Below, in pieces: positions 24,858 to 26,956 of a DNA stretch of 26,956 nt. Where the stretch lies: assembly GCA_913050545.1 (NCBI GenBank), contig CAJWZY010000001.1, forward strand, positions 1-26,956, read 5' to 3'. Under the pieces are notes generated by a model, which was not told where the DNA came from, made no database searches, and saw nothing but the letters and a program-made list of their open reading frames with translations. The DNA is from an uncultured bacterium. Lineage in GTDB: Bacteria > Planctomycetota > UBA8108. Made by a program: the position numbers and the translations under genes. Each line of letters opens with the position of its first letter. Position 1 is the first letter of the stretch.

Positions 24858-26954
24858 TCAGGTATTGCGGGCAGGGCGGAAGACCCCGACGATGACCTTT
24901 TTCACCCAGCGCGGCAGATCCTCGATGATGGTCACGGTCGTGGGCAGCAGGATCGAGGTCAGGAAGGTGGAGATGGTGATCCCGCCTATGATGACCAGCG
25001 CCATCGAATAGTAGTAGGTGCCCCCGAGGGCGGGGCGCTGGATGATGATCGGAATGAGGCCGAGGATCGTGGTCAGGGCTGTCATCAGGATTGGCCGCAG
25101 GCGCTCTCGGCCACCCCGCAGCATGGCCGCCTGGCGTGAGCTTCCCTTGCGCTGGTAGGAGTTGATGTGCTCGATGAGGACGATCCCGTTGTTGACGACG
25201 ATCCCGATCAGCAACAGCAGCCCGACCGAGGCAGGCCTGTCAAAATCTGTGCCGGTCAGGTAGAGGGTCCACCAGGCGCCCGAGAGGGCAAAGGGCAGGG
25301 CGATCATCAGCGCGATGGCTCTCTGTACCGACTCAAAAAGGCCGGCCATGACAGCGAAGATCAGGATCAGGGCGAGGATGAGGCTCTCGCCGAACTCCCA
25401 GAACCGCTCCTGCTTTTTCTTCGTTTCCTTGTGGAAGTCCCAGGTGTAGCCCGGTGGGAGCTCGATGTCCGCAAGGGCCACCTTGATCGCCTCGGTGTAG
25501 TCCTCGGCCGTCTTTCCCTTCTTGTAGTGCGATCCGACCCAGATACTTGTCAGGCGGTCCTCGCGTTCGATCCGGTAGCGTCCCCGGCGCCGGTTGACAT
25601 CGGCGACTGCGGCGATGGGAACCTTCCGGCTCCCGGAGGAAACGATCGGCAGCTGCTGGAGCTGGGAGAGGCTCTCTGTTTCCCTCTCGTCGAGGGTCAG
25701 GCGCATTTCCCGTTCACCGGAGGGAGTGCGGAATCTTGACAGGTGCCGCCCACGGAAGGTCAGGCCGACAGTCTCTGCTACGGCAGAGGAGGAGACACCG
25801 TAGTTGGCGGCGGCCTCCCGGTTGAACTCGAGGTGGAGCTCGGTTTTCTCCCGTTCATGAGTTGACCAGGTATGCTCGAGACCCTCGATCTCCCTGAAAC
25901 GTTCCCTCATCTTCTCGGCCCAGACCTTGATGACCTCGACATCTTCACCCGTGACCTGGACTCCTACCAGCCGTCGACTATCGCCTCGCCGGTAAGATAC
26001 CTTCGGTTCGGCGATCTTGAACTCGAGCCCCGCGATCGGCATCTGCTGGAGCAGGACATCGAGCCGGCTGCGGACCTTTTCGATATTGGCCTCGTTGACC
26101 ATCCCGTCCTTGAGGTAGATACGGGTCATGGTGTGGTGCTCGCTCCAGTAGCTGTAGATATTCTTGGCGAGCAGCTCCTCACGGTGGGGTTCGATGAGAG
26201 CCTCGACCTTGTTGATCATCTTCTCACGCGCCTGCATGCTGGCGCTTTCAGAATAGTCGTAGCGCACCTCGGCGTAGGATGCGATGCGGGAGTGTCCGAA
26301 GTCCATATCGACTGTCGACCAGGGGTAGTAGGTCGAGACCCCCATGCCCAGGAGGATCAGGGGGGTCAGCCACCGGTTGCGGAGATTGAACTTCAGCAGG
26401 CGCACATAGCGTTTCTCCAGCCAGATGATCCACCCCTGCTTCTTTCGAACCTGGGCCTTGATGACCCAGGAGGTCGCCAGGGGGATGAGGGTCTGGGAGA
26501 TAAAAAGCGATGCCAGCAGCGTGATGCAGATCGTGATGCCGATCTCGGAGAGGAAGATATTGAGCTCGCTGGACTTGTTGAAGATCAGCGGCAGGAAGGT
26601 GATTACAGAGGTCAGCGTCGCGGCGATGACCGCGGTGGAGACATCGCTGGCCCCGATCCGCGATGACTCCTTGCTGTCGTAGCCCATCTCCTGGTAACGG
26701 AAGATGCTCTCGATGACGACAACGGCGTTATCCACCAGCATGCCGATACCCACGATGAGCCCCAGCAGGCTCAGGGTATTGAGGGATGTGTCCTGGCTCC
26801 ACATGAAGGCGCAGGTGACGATGAGCGAGAAGGGGATACAGAGCACGGAGATCAGGGTAGTGGAGAACCTGCGCAGGAAGATGTAGAGCACGATGCTGGC
26901 CAGCAGCGCGCCATAGACTCCGCTCATCAGCAGGTCCTTGAGGGTTCGCCTGAT
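24858..26954 (-). CDS. RND efflux transporter permease subunit (AcrB/AcrD/AcrF family), 5'-truncated by the window edge
   Basis: Frame is open to the window end. TM4 IGMLVDNAVVVIESI, TM10 IGIVVNNGIVLIE and RERLRPILMTALTT motifs; large periplasmic porter region. Confidence 0.92.
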   Translation of the reverse strand: MRRTLKDLLMSGVYGALLASIVLYIFLRRFSTTLISVLCIPFSLIVTCAFMWSQDTSLNTLSLLGLIVGIGMLVDNAVVVIESIFRYQEMGYDSKESSRIGASDVSTAVIAATLTSVITFLPLIFNKSSELNIFLSEIGITICITLLASLFISQTLIPLATSWVIKAQVRKKQGWIIWLEKRYVRLLKFNLRNRWLTPLILLGMGVSTYYPWSTVDMDFGHSRIASYAEVRYDYSESASMQAREKMINKVEALIEPHREELLAKNIYSYWSEHHTMTRIYLKDGMVNEANIEKVRSRLDVLLQQMPIAGLEFKIAEPKVSYRRGDSRRLVGVQVTGEDVEVIKVWAEKMRERFREIEGLEHTWSTHEREKTELHLEFNREAAANYGVSSSAVAETVGLTFRGRHLSRFRTPSGEREMRLTLDERETESLSQLQQLPIVSSGSRKVPIAAVADVNRRRGRYRIEREDRLTSIWVGSHYKKGKTAEDYTEAIKVALADIELPPGYTWDFHKETKKKQERFWEFGESLILALILIFAVMAGLFESVQRAIALMIALPFALSGAWWTLYLTGTDFDRPASVGLLLLIGIVVNNGIVLIEHINSYQRKGSSRQAAMLRGGRERLRPILMTALTTILGLIPIIIQRPALGGTYYYSMALVIIGGITISTFLTSILLPTTVTIIEDLPRWVKKVIVGVFRPARNT

Positions 26955-26956
26955 CT

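Noticed and set aside
25141-25230. RND TM10 reads VNNGIVL rather than the AcrB AKNAIL (no Lys) and TM4 has a single Asp
   Set aside because: To my knowledge this variant is common in non-AcrB RND subfamilies, so it is not evidence of a defect or novelty.
1-26956. CRISPR arrays, tRNA/rRNA genes, transposases, integrases or att-like repeats
   Set aside because: No regularly spaced repeats, T-loop/cloverleaf signatures or mobile-element motifs were seen; nearly all sequence is accounted for by CDSs.

Overview
GC-rich (roughly 60% by eye) bacterial chromosomal segment with about 23 densely packed protein-coding genes. I found no rRNA, tRNA, CRISPR array or mobile element. The 'FIRGD...' dockerin-like C-terminus of the first gene suggests a Planctomycetota source (inference). 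Left end (+ strand) is a four-gene cluster: a 5'-truncated secreted protein with two lamin-tail domains and a dockerin-like tail, an outer-membrane beta-barrel, a VTC (polyphosphate-polymerase-domain) protein, and a thymidylate-kinase-like P-loop domain fused to about 10 helical repeats. This is the best candidate for an uncharacterised system, possibly polyphosphate synthesis or handling linked to the envelope. Next (- strand) come a HEAT-like protein with a His/Asp tail, a membrane-anchored C-lobe-only pseudokinase, and a quinone cluster (ubiE/menG - hypothetical - ubiX - ubiA/mqnP-like). The rest holds murQ, tatD, nagB, trkH-trkA (TrkA carries a Lys/Glu low-complexity insertion), several exported hypothetical proteins, a MetC-like PLP enzyme and the 3' two-thirds of an RND (AcrB-family) permease. 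All functional calls come from motif recognition by eye; no database search was run.
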